Assembly: GCF_028641065.1 (NCBI RefSeq)
Contig: NC_073389.1
Span: 14,694,001 to 14,758,000, forward strand
Reading direction: 5' to 3'
Length of the DNA: 64,000 bases
DNA from: Leucoraja erinacea
Taxonomy: Eukaryota
The notes below the pieces were generated by a model that saw nothing but the letters and a program-made list of their open reading frames with translations, ran no database searches and was not told where the DNA came from. The translations under genes and the position numbers were made by a program. Positions 37,748 to 50,259 of the stretch are shown here, piece after piece (position 1 is the stretch's first letter; each line of letters starts with the position of its first letter).

Positions 37748-38055
37748 AGGTATACGATACGATACAACATGATGCGATAGTACTTTATCCCAGGAGGGAA
37801 ATTGATCTGCCAATAGTCATAAAACACAAGACACATGAAACATGAAATTAAAGTGACGAGTGGAAAGGATTGGGGATGTGCAAAGATTTTGGGAGGGGGA
37901 AGGGGTAGGGAAGTCAGTCTACCCCACGACAGAAGGGGGAGGAGTTGGACAGTTTGATAGCCACAGGGAAGAAGGATCTCCTGTGGCGCTCTGTCCTGTA
38001 TCTTGGTGGAACCAGTCTGTTGCTGAAGATACTCCTCAGGTTGATTAGTGTGTGG
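37748..38055 (-). mobile_element. Rex1 3' end
   Basis: Minus strand SIFSNRLVPPRYRTERHRRSFFPVAIKL, with a (tatcg)n tail. Confidence 0.75.
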
Positions 38056-38398
38056 ACATTGATAAATTATTCAAGTGGACACCTAAACTCAGCTTAAAGT
38101 TGCAAGAAAGGAAGCTGTACCGTAGATATTTGGTGCAGTAATAGTGACATGAAATACATCCAAAAGAGAAATCTCCCTCAAAGAGTAGAAGAATAACAAT
38201 ATCAAGGGCTAGTGGCATATAAAATTACATACAGAATCAGCAAGTGGAGCTCAGAGAAGGCAAATAAGTACTAAGAGGATCCCTGGCTTTTAACCTCAAA
38301 GTATATTCACATTTGCGACTCTTGTGAATATTTGATGTATGAATGCAAATTAAATTCTCCAACATCTGACCATGGTGATCAAGAAACGTAATAAGGCA

Positions 38399-38690
38399 GT
38401 ACAGATAACCCTTGTTATAATGGACTGTAGGGGAGGGGAAGGAATACGTTATTGCCCATTAGGGCTCTTAATACAGCTCAGGGCTAACGGAATCAAGGGA
38501 TATGGGGAAAAAGCAGGAACGGGGTACTGATTTTGGATGATCAGCCATGATCATATTGAATGGCGGTGCTGGCTCGAAGGGCCAAATGGCCTACTCCTGA
38601 ATTAAAGTAGGCCATTCGGCCCATTTTCTATGTTTCTATGATTGTCCGCTATAACCGAGTAAGGGGTTCGCTCCAACCACCTCGAACAAC
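38399..38690. mobile_element. Possible Tigger/pogo-like fragment carrying a CR1 3' insertion (~38462-38640)
   Basis: TA|cagataacccttgttataatggac...tccgctataaccgag resembles Tigger-type termini. The inner segment is a clear CR1 3'UTR. Confidence 0.45.
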
Positions 38691-38732
38691 GAGTTTCTTT
38701 TTAAAATACAAAGTTTTTTCTTTGTTTACGTT

Positions 38733-38990
38733 TTTAGTTTAGTTTAGTTTAGAGGTTCGGTGCGGAAACAGGCCCATTGGCCCACCGAGCCCGTGCTGAC
38801 CAGCCATCTCCAAACATCAACACTATGCTACATACACTGGGGACAAATTACATATACACCAAACCAATTCAACTACAAGCCTGTACAGCTTTGGAGTGAG
38901 GGAGATGACCCGCGCAGGTCACGGGGAGAATGTATTAACTCCGTACAGTCAAGCACCCGTAGTCAGGATCGAACCCGGGTCCTGGCTCCG
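38733..38990 (-). mobile_element. V-SINE
   Basis: (tttag)n tail, gcggaaacaggccc, and gtagtcaggatcgaacccgggtc. Confidence 0.82.
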
Positions 38991-40456
38991 TAAGTCAAAC
39001 AGCAAAAAAATATGTTGTTGTTACTGCATAGCAAAAATACTAATAGAGCATCATTGCACAAGTGTCAATCGAAGCAATTGCTTGTCAATTTTAATGGCCT
39101 CCCGCAGTGTAAATAGGAGCCGGAGTTCCTAAAGAGACATTGGTGTCTGATTACTGCAGACGCGCCATCCGCTGAACCCAAAATCTTTTTTTAAGAGGTC
39201 TGTCATAATAATAGTAGACTGTGTGCAATCCAGAAAGGTTAAGGTAGTATCTCAGCAAAGCACTGTGTCTCCCCCGATGAAATTACCTGGCTGCAATATT
39301 AGAGTGTCCTGAAATTAATTTACGAGGCAGAAATTGAATTTTATTGCATTTTATTTGACGTAATGTTGAAGAATCTCAGTCACGAGCTGCCAGAATAAAC
39401 CACAAAATTAATCAATTGAATCAAAGGGTATATGTTTTGATTGCATGAAGTGAAATATGGGATGAGCATAAACCTGATGAATTTGTGGAAATGCTCCAGT
39501 ACTGAAATTTGAAGTTATGGAGTGCTATAATTTACGTTTTAAATCATTATGTTGTTGATACGTATGTATATATTTCCTTACAATTGCTAATTATCTCTGG
39601 ATTTTAAAGCTAGTTATTTAAACATTGCAGTCACTAGCTCAGGACACAACCTATAAAGTTACAGCCATTAGCAAATGCTGGATTAGCCTCGTGTGTGATA
39701 AATCATGGTGCAGATTGTTTTTCTCTTGCAAACCTCGGTATATAAGCTTTCTTAGTTCAATTAACTGCCTTGTGTAGAATCATGTTGTGCTTTAATTGAG
39801 TTCTGCTACAAAGTCTGAAACAGTTGGCACATCCAAAATACCTGTGGGAATCGGTGCCTCACTTCTCATAGCTTCTGTGCACAGCGGTGAATTGACACCA
39901 TCGTCCTGCAACTCACCCCCTGAATAACAACTAACTGGAGTAGTTACAAGGGTAAAATCGCATTGTGGAGGTGCAGATGTTAGTTGCAATTAATCACTTT
40001 ATTGCTTCTGATTTGATCGTCCTCTTTGTTCCGTTCACTCAGGCATCCATTATGTTATTTTTCTAATTACATTTTAGGAAAGTGAGCTCTGGAAGATTTA
40101 TCAGTCAACCTTTTTTTTTTTCAATTAGTGTATCCAAAAGGGAGTAAGAATGCTCCCTCAGGGCCAAATGTACAAGAATATTCAGGCTGAGATGAATAAT
40201 GGATTGCAGCATACTTAATATTTTCTTCACATTTCACCTTTTAACAAGTAAGAAGTCCATTTGTCGATCACTGTGATCTACGTGGCTAGTTTAAAACATG
40301 AAGAATGCACCATTGGTGTATTAATGGTTATTTTTTTCTGAGTAGCCAGCTGATTAGATCATTTGGTGCTGAACTTGGTAGCCAAAAATCTTCCTTCATC
40401 GGACAATGGCAGCTTAAACAGGAAATGTAACCAGGACTCTACTTAGCTTAGGGTCA

Positions 40457-40930
40457 TGGGCTTGTCCCACTTTGGTGACTTTTTATGCAACTGCAGGAGA
40501 CTATGCATTTGTCACATGGTCGCCACATGTTCGCGGGTGGTTGCCGGGGAATCGCCTTCATGGTCGTGAAAAGTTCCCGCATTCTAGTAACTACTCGCCG
40601 CCTCATTATGGTCTCAGCGAATTTTTCGACGTTGAAAAATTAACGGCGACCAGAATGAAGCCGCCAAGGAGAGTAGCGAGAATTCTCGTGCGGTAGGTGC
40701 AGTGGTTGTGGGTTGACAGGAGGTCGAAGGTTGTTGTAGGTTCTTGTAGCTTGTAGCCGGTGCTGACCGGTGAATTTTATTGGCTCATTGGGGAAAAAAA
40801 ACGTAAGCAATAGTTTTCAGAACCAAGAATAACTGACCGACCGCTAATGTTAATGTCCGCCGAGCTTCACAGCCGTGTATCTCTGGCTTCTTAAAAGTTG
40901 TCTCCACTCCTTCACCCATCTCTCCCCCTC

Positions 40931-40966
<36 letters not shown>

Positions 40967-41241
40967 TCTCCCACCCTCTTTTAAAGGACTTACTTAACCC
41001 TTCCGGTACACTGTGCTTTCACCGTCTTAATTATAGGGCCAACCATCCTGTTCATCGTGGTGCGTGTCTGTATCACATTGACTTTGCACCATGTGAATTT
41101 CACTCAGACAACGCTCCCCCCGTTTGCCCTGTCCCCCGTCTGCATAACGGGCTGGTGAAGGAAGCGATGTGTGTGTGCGCGTGTTCCACTCTGACAGCCG
41201 CCGGCCGTCGCCTGAAAAATCGCCTAAGTGGGACAGTCCCA
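40457..41241. mobile_element. ~785-bp non-autonomous Harbinger-like element
   Basis: tgggcttgtcccact...agtgggacagtccca; flanks TCA and TAA; CpG-rich with an internal poly-C; reverse complement of 46268-47099. Confidence 0.85.
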
Positions 41242-41559
41242 TAACAATGCTGTTTTTTTTTAATAATTAAAGTGAAGATCTCCTTTTTGTTTTGAGAGAG
41301 ATGATGCTTTGATATTTATTACTTCAGGCCAGCTTTTCCTAATATGGATTTAAAAAGACATTCTGAGAAGATTTAATTGAAAATTAAAAAAAGATAGTCA
41401 AATCTTTCATTGTTGTGACTGATTATTTTCACAATAAGTATTTTGTTAGATTGATAAAATATGTTTACATGTCAATAATAGAAAATATTTACCATGGCAT
41501 ATCTTTATTGATATTCACCTTTAAGCATTATTGCTGTATATTGTGACATGTTATTTATG

Positions 41560-43565
41560 GACTTTTAAAGGCTATCTTGGTACAAAAGACCAAATTCGTA
41601 AAAGGGTAAGCATATTGGGGATTTTTAACTAAAGACATTGAGCACAATGAAAAAGGGAGCGTTAAATTTATACGATGTATAATAAGTCAGGCTATTTGTT
41701 CTGAATTGTGCATTTTGTTGCAGAAAAGATAGCTAAAAAACACTGTGTTCAGAGCATAAATTAACTGGAAATCCCGCAATAGGAAATTATAATTGATGAG
41801 AAAATTGGAATGCTATTGTCAGAGCAGAGAAAACTAAAAGTATCTTTTAAAGATGATCAAATGTTTTGATTTAATCAAATGATCACAACTCCATAAGTTT
41901 TAAGATCCTTATGAACAAGGATAAGTCTGGACCTTAGGGGAAAGGACTAAATTAGAATAAAGCAGATTACAAATGATTAGGAAGGAGTTTGGGATAGTAA
42001 ATTGGGAGCGGTTATTATTGGGTAACTCCACATCAGTCATGTGGGAGTTGTTAAAATACCAGCTGATTAGAGTTCAGGACCGGCATGTCCAAGAAAGGAG
42101 GAGGGATGATGATAAGATGGAAAGGGACATTTGCATGACTGGAGAGGTTTTAAATTTGGTCAAAAAGAAAAAGAAACGTATGCAAGGTTTAGGAAGATGA
42201 AACCAGACAGGAACTTTAAGGAATAAGAAGCAAGCAAGAAAAACTCAAATAGACAATTAGAAAGGCCAAAAGGGGTCCTGAAATGCCATCGGCAAGTCGG
42301 TTTAAATATATTCCCAAGGCATTTTATACCTTATAGTAAAGACAACAGGGTAACTTGGGAGAAGGTAGGACCACTCAAGGATAAAGGAGAGAATTTGCAC
42401 GGAGTGAGAGTTTGTAGGCGAGGTACTAAAGGGGTACTTTGCATCTAATTTCACCAAGCAGAAGAGGATCGTGACATCAATGTGCAGTTTACTAATATGT
42501 TGGAGCACTTTGAGATTAAGGAGGTGATGGTGTTGGGTCTCTTAAAAAGCATTCAGATCCCCAGGGCAAGCTATCTCCAGTTATTGAGAGAAGAAAGAGA
42601 GAAGATTGCTGGGATTTTGACAACAATATTTGTATCATCTCTAGCCAGAGGCAATGTCCGGAGGGCTGGAAAGTAGCCAATGTTATTCCTTTGTTTACGA
42701 AGAGATGTGGAGACAGTCCAGGGAATTATAATCCAGTGAGCCTCACATTAGTGGTGGGTAAAGAATTATTTGGGATAGGAGTTACTCACATTTGGATGAG
42801 CATGGTATAATAAGGGGCAGTCAGCTTGGCTTTCTCTGGAGGATTCTCTTGAGGTTGAGGAAGACCTGTTAAAATTATGAGAGGCATAGATTGTGCAGAC
42901 CTTTTCCCCAGGGTGGAATGATCAAAAACTAGAGAGTATCGCTTTAAAGTGAGAGAGACAAAGTTTAAAGGAAATCATGAGAGGAATAGATCGGGTAGAC
43001 GCACAGATTATCTTGCACAGAGTAGGAGAATCGAGGGCCAGAGGACATAGGTTCAAGTTGAAAAGGAAAAGATTTAATAGAAATCTGAGAGCTAACTTTT
43101 TCACACAAAGGGTGGTGGGTGTACGGAACAAGCTGCCAGAGGAGGTAGTTGAGGCTGGGACGATCCCAAGATTTAAGAAACAGTTAGACAGGTACATAGA
43201 TAAGACAGGTTTGGAGGGAGATGGACCAAACAGGGTCAGGTGGGACTAGTGTAACTGGGACATGTTGGCCGGTGTGGGCACATTGGGGCGAATGGCCTGT
43301 TTCCATGCTGCATCACTCTATGAGATTTTTTAAAGAAGGGTAGTGGGTGCCTGGTACACTCTGCCTGGTGTGATGGTGGAAGCAGATATGATCATGGTGT
43401 TTATGAAACTTTTAGATAGGCAATTGGATGTGCAGAAAAAGGAATGATATGAATATCATGTCGGCAGAGGAGATTAGTTGAACATGGAATCATGTTCCAT
43501 ACAGGCATTATTGGCTGAAGCGCCCGTTCCAGTGCTGAACTGTTCTCTGTTCTATGATTCGATGA
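41560..43565 (+). mobile_element. Composite CR1 LINE fragments (older copy with younger CR1 nested at ~42975-43325)
   Basis: IRKEFGIVNWERLL, ccagggaattataatccagtgagcctcac (GNYNPVSL), and MRGIDRVDAQ...ARGHRFKL...FFTQRVVGVRNKLPEEVVEAG. Confidence 0.82.
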
Positions 43566-43814
43566 AAAGGAACAAACACTTCTTTCAGTTTTTCTTTCAT
43601 TGGATGATTGTTGTTCAGTTTAAGAGAGAGCGTCCAAGAGTAATTTTACTCCAAAGATGGTTATTCAGTTATGGACTATTTTGCTTTAATTTTAGGTGTG
43701 CTTGCAACAGAGAACATTATCTTTTCAGTGAAGCTAGAATATTAATTTGAAGCAGGTTAAAATTCGGGTTTATGTGGAAAGAACGGGTGAATGGAATTAC
43801 GTTTAGTAATTGAT

Positions 43815-44420
43815 GCCTTTATTTTACAAATACTTTATTCAAAAAACAAAATCAACAGACATAGTAGAATATAATTCATATCAAAAACTGCCTGTATCGG
43901 CAGTTTACAAACAAAGTCAACAAATTCAAATTAAAATCCCGCCATCCTTATCTATAGTACAGCCGACCTCCCGCAGTGACCAGCGTTTGCGGAAGGCCTC
44001 CAGCATCCCCGTGGATGCCACGTGTTCCCTCTTCAGGGACACGTGGGCAAGGACGGAACCCCAGAAAAGGGGCAGGCAGCCGACCCCTGTGCGGCCGTTG
44101 ACTGCCCGCTGCCTGGACCCGCGAATGGTCATCTTAGCCAGGCCCAGGAGCAGACCGACAGGGAGACCCCCCTCCTCCCTCCCGACCCTCCCCCCTCTGT
44201 ACCGGGTGCCCATAAATTAATAGCATTGGACTAAATTGGAGCCAAAACGTGAGGAGCAGCCCCTTCAGGTAATCGAACGGGGGCTACAACCTCTCACACT
44301 GCATGTACAAATGGTACACAGACTCCTCCTTGCCACAGAAATGACAGGAGGCGGACAAATCCATGAACTGGCTCAAGTACCTGTTACAGGCCACGGCTTT
44401 GTGCAGTAATTCATGCCTTG
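43815..44420 (-). mobile_element. Tx1/L1-clade LINE 3' end (zf-RVT)
   Basis: LLHKAVACNRYLSQF...SCHFCGKEESVYHLYMQCERL (CCHC knuckle)...LLLGLAKMTI...LEAFRKRW. AATAAA and an A-rich tail on the minus strand. Confidence 0.82.
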
Positions 44421-44424
44421 GGAG

Positions 44425-44680
44425 CTCTGATAAGTTCATTAGTTCTATGAACCGAACTAGGCCATTTGGCCCATCAGGTCTACTATGCCATTCAATCAAG
44501 GCTGATCTATCTTTCTCTCTCAACCCCATTCTCCAGCCTTTGCCCCATAATCTCTGACACCCTTGCGAATTAAGAATCTGTCAATCTCCGCCTTTAAAAT
44601 ATCCATTGACTTGGCTTCCACAGCTGTCTGTGGCAATGAATTCCACAGATTCATCTTCCTCTGGCTAAAGAAGCTCTCTT
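44425..44680 (-). mobile_element. CR1 3' end
   Basis: FSQRKMNLWNSLPQTAVEAKSMDILKAEIDRFL, plus UTR. Confidence 0.85.
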
Positions 44681-45192
44681 TACTGTGATTCAACAAATGC
44701 ACATTCTAAATTAGGGTGGTGGAAACGGTTGTGAACTATGAGTCTACTCCTGAATCTGCTGACACTTGACTTTCTGCCGCTGATCATCCTGATTCAACGT
44801 GCCCATCCTTCAGTGTTCCCATGCCAATTGGAAATAGCGCAGGTAATTTAAGATGAAATGGGGGAAGCTCACTCATGTCTGTATTTGATAGTTTGGAAAT
44901 ACTAGTTGCTGACAGGTTGGAATCATCTTTGGTTCCCAGCAGAGCCATATCGCTGTTGGCGTAAGTAACCAGACTTCTCTGGAATCTATTATTCCTGTTA
45001 AGGTTTTGACTCTCAAATGGATTCTCATAAGCTCTGAACCAGCCTGAGTTCTTCGAAGGTCTTTCAAGCTGCATTAAGAAAGGGACATCCTGGAAAAAAA
45101 AGCTCCGTTAATTGGTGTTTCTCTGAATGCCTCAGTTTTGAAAAGATCCATTGATCAGAAAGGGATTAGATACCAGATGTACCAAAATAATA

Positions 45193-45293
45193 GGTAGACA
45201 AAATTGCTGGAGAAACTCAGCAGGTACAGCAGCATCTATGGAGCGAAGAAAATAGGCAATGTTTCGGGCCGAAACCCATCTTCAGACTCAATC
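45193..45293 (-). mobile_element. Solo 101-bp pLTR (second subfamily) with perfect 15-bp TSD
   Basis: Minus strand ctgaaga-t-gggtt-tc-ggccc-gaaa-catt. TSD tgtaccaaaataata at 45178-45192 and 45294-45308. Confidence 0.85.
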
Positions 45294-46267
45294 TGTACCA
45301 AAATAATACCTGGACTCTAAAGATTACATTACAAGGCATTGTACAAGCTAATACTGCATTGTCTGGAATTCAGAAGATTTGGGATTTATCTGAACGAAAG
45401 TTGCAAGTTATTAATGTAGAGAGGGAGAGTAAATGGAGAGAATTTGTTCTTTTTGCACCGTTGTCCTATTGGAACAAATCTTGATGAATTTTTGCAAACC
45501 AGATTCATTAACGGGTATGGGGAAAGACAGATATGTGGAGTTAAGGCAGTGATCAACCATGAATAGCGGAACTGGTTTATGGGACTTAATGGCATATGTC
45601 TATTACAATGTCCCACATTAGCCTTTGCCCACCACCCTCTTCCGCTACTGGCAACGTCTAGAAGAGAGTGAATCACAGAGAAATGGAGATGGGGTCCCTT
45701 GTTGTTCAAACCATCTGAATTTAAATCAGGCTTTTGTCTTTCCCATTTTAGAAATAAATTTAACCTCTCATATCTGCATGTAGATTTAAAGATATGACTA
45801 CCACAAGAGGGTTTGCACATTTATATTGCACAGACCATAGTAGCACTTTATTCTCCTACTGGTATAGATGGATCTAGGGATTCTTGTGGATGGTCACAGC
45901 ACAAAATATTTGCATTACAAATACAGCAAGTAATCAGGAATTCTGATGGAATGTTCATCTGTATTGCAGGAAAATGTAAGGAGGCTTTGGTGTAACTTTT
46001 CTGGGTGCCACTGAGATGGAACCTGCAGTACCTTATACAATGTTTAGTCTCTGTATTTAAGGAATGATGTGCTTGACATAATATCCCATTTCAGTTAAAC
46101 ATGATGAGAAAGTTGTCTCAGAGTGTCATCATCAATCTTTGAACTACTCCACCTCAGTGAGCGGTGGAGGAAGAGACATTGGATAAGAACTGGAGAGAGT
46201 TTGATAGATATTTAAATGACAAGTGAGTCAAGGGATAGTAGAAGGGTGCGGGTAAGTGGTATTGTGA

Positions 46268-47099
46268 CGGACCTGTCCCACTTAGGCCATTTCTCAGCGG
46301 GCTGCTGGCGAATGTCAAGTTGCCGGTAGTTGCCTGAAAAAACGGCAACTGGAACAGCAACTGTCAGAGTGGGACACGCACGCGCACACACACACATCGC
46401 TTCCTTCACCAGACCGTTATGCAGGCAGGGGACAGGGCAAGCAGGGGGAGCTCTGCCTAAAAAATTCACACAGTGCAAAACCAAGGTGATACATGAACAG
46501 GAAGGTTGGCGCTGTAATTAAGACGGCTAAAGCATAGTGTATAGTAAGTCCTTTAAAAGTGGTGGGGGAGAGGGGGAGGGGAGAGGGGGGGGTGGGGGGT
46601 GGAGGGGGGGGGGAATGGGGGGGAAGGGTGGAGGAAAGTGGAGACAACTTTTAAGAAGCCAGAGGTACATGGCTGTGAAGCTCGGCGGACATATAACATT
46701 ACCGTTCAGTTATCCTTGGTTCTGAAAACTACTGCTGACCATTTTTTTTCCCCCCAATGAGCCAATGAGATTCACCGGTCAGCACCGGCTACAACCTACG
46801 AGAACCTCCGAGAACCTTCGACCTCCTGGCAACCCATTAGGACCTCCTGGTGACCCACCTACGCATGAGAATTCTCGCTACTCCCCATGGGGGATTCATT
46901 CTAGTCGCTGCTAATTTTTTCAACATGTTATAAATTTTGTGGCGACCATAATGAGGCTGCGACTGGTTCCCAGAATGCGGGAACTCCTCGCAACCATGAA
47001 GGCGACTCCCCGGCAACTACCCGCGAACTTGTGGGGACATGTGGCGACTGCATAGTCTCCCGCAGTCACCTAAAAAGTTGCCTAAGTGGGACAGGCCCA
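46268..47099. mobile_element. ~830-bp non-autonomous Harbinger-like element
   Basis: cggacctgtcccactt...aagtgggacaggccca; flanks TGA and TAA; inverted copy of 40457-41241 with a G-rich tract at 46560-46635. Confidence 0.85.
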
Positions 47100-47102
47100 T
47101 AA

Positions 47103-47240
47103 CTATGAAACAAGGAATCCAGATGCTGATTTGCTACAAAAAAAAGATACAAAATGCTGGAGTAACCCAGAGGGTCGGGCCGCATCTCTGGAGAACGTGG
47201 ATAGATGACGCTTCGAGTCGGGACCCTTCTTCAGGCTGGG
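47103..47240 (-). mobile_element. Penelope pLTR copy
   Basis: gctggagtaacccag...gatgacgcttcgagtcgggacccttcttcagg. Confidence 0.78.
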
Positions 47241-47944
47241 GTGGGGGGTGGCAAGGGGGTACATTACATCAGCTATGATTTTATTGATTGGGGCAATAGA
47301 CTTGAGAGACCAATTGGTCTACACCAGGTCATATTATGGAAGGCTTCCTAATTTTAATTCTGAAACATCAGATGCCAATGGATGTAGTTTGTCAAGCTGG
47401 CAAATAAGTACAGACTTGTGCTGCTTCCTCACGGTAAAAATCTGTCATGCACGTTATTTTGTTCAAGGCAGCTCTTCTACTATTTAACACCTCCTCATAA
47501 CATAAAAACATCTTAAATGTGATGACTGGAGAAAAAAAACTGCATCCCTTCAGGGAACATGTCTAAAAACCTCATGAGAGAGAGACTCGTTCAATGAAGT
47601 TAATTTCACAGCAGTATTACAGAGTATTACATTTTACAGTCAAAATATTGTACCACCATATTAATAGTGAGTAAGATTCAATTGTAGTTCACAAGAAGAA
47701 ACATTAACACATTTAGCTCCAGAAAAAAATTGTTCATAGCTCCTTCTTGGTTTCAATGCCTGGCATAAGAACGCTCTAATCATACGGACAGTGTTTGCGA
47801 GTCCACCAAGGATTTGTGGGATGCTGTGTCCATTGCCATGTGGAACTCCTTGGTTTAGCTACATGTTGCCCATTGTTTCTATTGAAATATATTGCCAGGT
47901 GGTTGTATTTCTGATTTGCCAACTGTTCAGGTTAAAAACAGAGA

Positions 47945-48285
47945 GGTAAATAGCACAGAAACAGGCCCGTTGGCCCAAATTGTCCATGCTGGTCATTTTG
48001 CCAACCTGAGCCAGATCTAATTGCCTGTGCTTGGCTCAAACCCCTCTCAACTTTTCCTATCTGAGTACCTGTCCAAATGCCTTTAAACGTGATAGTTCTA
48101 CCAGCCTCCACCACTACCTCTGGCAGCTTGTTCTGCATACCAACCATTTTCTTCGTAAAATGTGACCTTTGAGTTCCTTTTACACCTTAAACCTATACCC
48201 TCTGGTTTTAGTCTCTCAGAACTTGGGGAAAAAACTGTGATGAGTGACCTTATCTACACCCCTTTTGATTTTTGATATTCTCGGG
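47945..48285 (-). mobile_element. CR1 3' fragment
   Basis: MVGMQNKLPEVVVEAG..., with the tail acagaaacaggcccgttggccc. Confidence 0.8.
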
Positions 48286-48506
48286 AACGCAACCCTGTCA
48301 TAACCTGGGAGGACCCGCATTGATTTCCATTTAACTTGTAGTAAGCAAAATTTACACTGGTGTATAGATAACAATATGTTGGTGGGATAATAATGAGAAG
48401 TTAGAAATACAAGAATTAATTACGAGAAGCAAGTATAAACGTAGATGAATCATATAGATACAACCTGATGACACTGAGTTTTTAGTCCTGTTGTTGTGCT
48501 CATTAA

Positions 48507-48744
48507 AGGGCCTGTCCCACTTGGGTGTAATTTGCGCGTCATGCAGGTGGTGGGTGAAGATTTTGTGAATCCCCAAATCCTAGGGCGCCGTGTATGACAC
48601 TGCGTACGCCACCACGTCTCACCATGCGCCATGCGCACGTAATGCATGCCATGTGACACGTAAATGATGTCACGTTGTGCGTCGTGATGCGTAAATGATG
48701 TCGCGTAAATGACGCGCAAATAACGCCCAAGTGGGACAGGCCCT
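48507..48744. mobile_element. 238-bp MITE, Harbinger-like
   Basis: agggcctgtcccacttgggtgtaatttgcgcgtcat...atgacgcgcaaataacgcccaagtgggacaggccct (~35-bp TIR); flanks TAA and TCA. Confidence 0.85.
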
Positions 48745-49109
48745 TCAATTCTCATTTACTTTACATAATTTATTTGCAGCTTCTAACATTTTCCCAAAAC
48801 ATATTGGGGTCAGTCACGGCAAAAATATATTTTCAATGACGTAAAGTGGAATATAGCATGTGCATGTATTTTATTTGTATCTGAGAAGAAATTGTGGAAT
48901 CAGTGCAGAGATAGAATTGTGAAAGTTCTTGAAGAGCTTGTTCTGCATTGATAACTTGATGAGGCGAGACATCGGATATTTCTGAATGCCATCGCTTTCG
49001 CATAGATTTTTCTTTTCCAATTTGCATAGTTTGGCCAGCTGGTCATGTCACACAATCTTACTCTAAGCAACCCGTCAAACAGGCAAAGAAATACCAAGAG
49101 TCCCGAAAA

Positions 49110-49610
49110 TAGGCACATAATGCTGGAGTAACTCAGCGGGATAGGAAGCATCTCTGGAGAGAAGGAAAGGGTGACGTTTCGGATCGAGACACTTCTTCAG
49201 TCTTCACTCTTTCTCTCCAGTGATGCTGCCTGTCCCACTGAATTATTCCAGCTTTTTATGTCTATCTTCGGTTTATACCAGCATCTGCAGTTCCTTCCAA
49301 TACGTCCTGATCTGAAACATCATCTATCCATGTTCTTCAGAGATGCTGCCTGACCCACTGAGTTACTCCAGCACTTTGTGTCCTTTTTTAAAATTAAACC
49401 AGCATATGCAATTCCTTGTATCCTCTGTGTTTATCCTACTGCTACGTTTACTCATTTGCTCTTGCCCTATTAGATACATTTCCTTTCTTCTGCCCCCTTT
49501 TCTGCTGCTGAAAACTAACTTGTTTTCTCATTTACCCAGTTCTGTTGAAAGGTCCCCGATCTGAAACATTGCCCCTTTCCTGACCTGCTGAGTTTTCAGC
49601 AATTTCAATT
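49110..49610. mobile_element. Cluster of pLTR copies (one palindrome plus two same-orientation copies)
   Basis: gtgacgtttcggatcgagacacttcttcag (minus-strand core), then repeated tgaaacatca...gatgctgcctgacccactgagttactccagc. Confidence 0.8.
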
Positions 49611-50259
49611 TCATTCATCTATTTCCCTCTTGGCCAGTTTCACAGAACATCTAATCTTGATGGATGAATATCTGGATCCATCCTGCTCCCCCTTAAGTAT
49701 CCTAATATTATTTAGTAATAAAGTGTGCAGCATTGGTCTTTAATTGACATGTAAAAATATCAAGAGGGATACATTGCTGATGGCAGTACATCAGCTTGAA
49801 CTTTTTGACAGTGGCCCAGGAACTTATTTAAATGGATCAGAATGTAAAATAAAATCTGGAAGGGACTTCATAGAGATGATTATGTTTCAGGCACAGTAGG
49901 TTTCTATTGTGGTTAGTCAAAGTGCAGTTGTTCAGAATATGCACATAAATGCATGTTAATTATATTGACGTTCAAAATGATATTATTTTAATATTGGACT
50001 CTGATGCATGTCTTAACAAAACTTAAAAATAGCATTTGCCCGATTTTGAATTCACAAATGAATATACAATTGAATGTTAAATTGGAATGCATGTATGTAA
50101 TCATGAGGGGAATAGTTAGTGTGAATGTGATGTGTTTCCAAGAGGGGAGGTGCTGTGGTTTGCTGTGTTTCATCTGAAAGTTGGCATCTTCAATCATTTA
50201 CTGAGCCATTAATGTTCCACTTGGTGCATCAGCCTAGGTAAAATTAGATTTGAAGCCCG

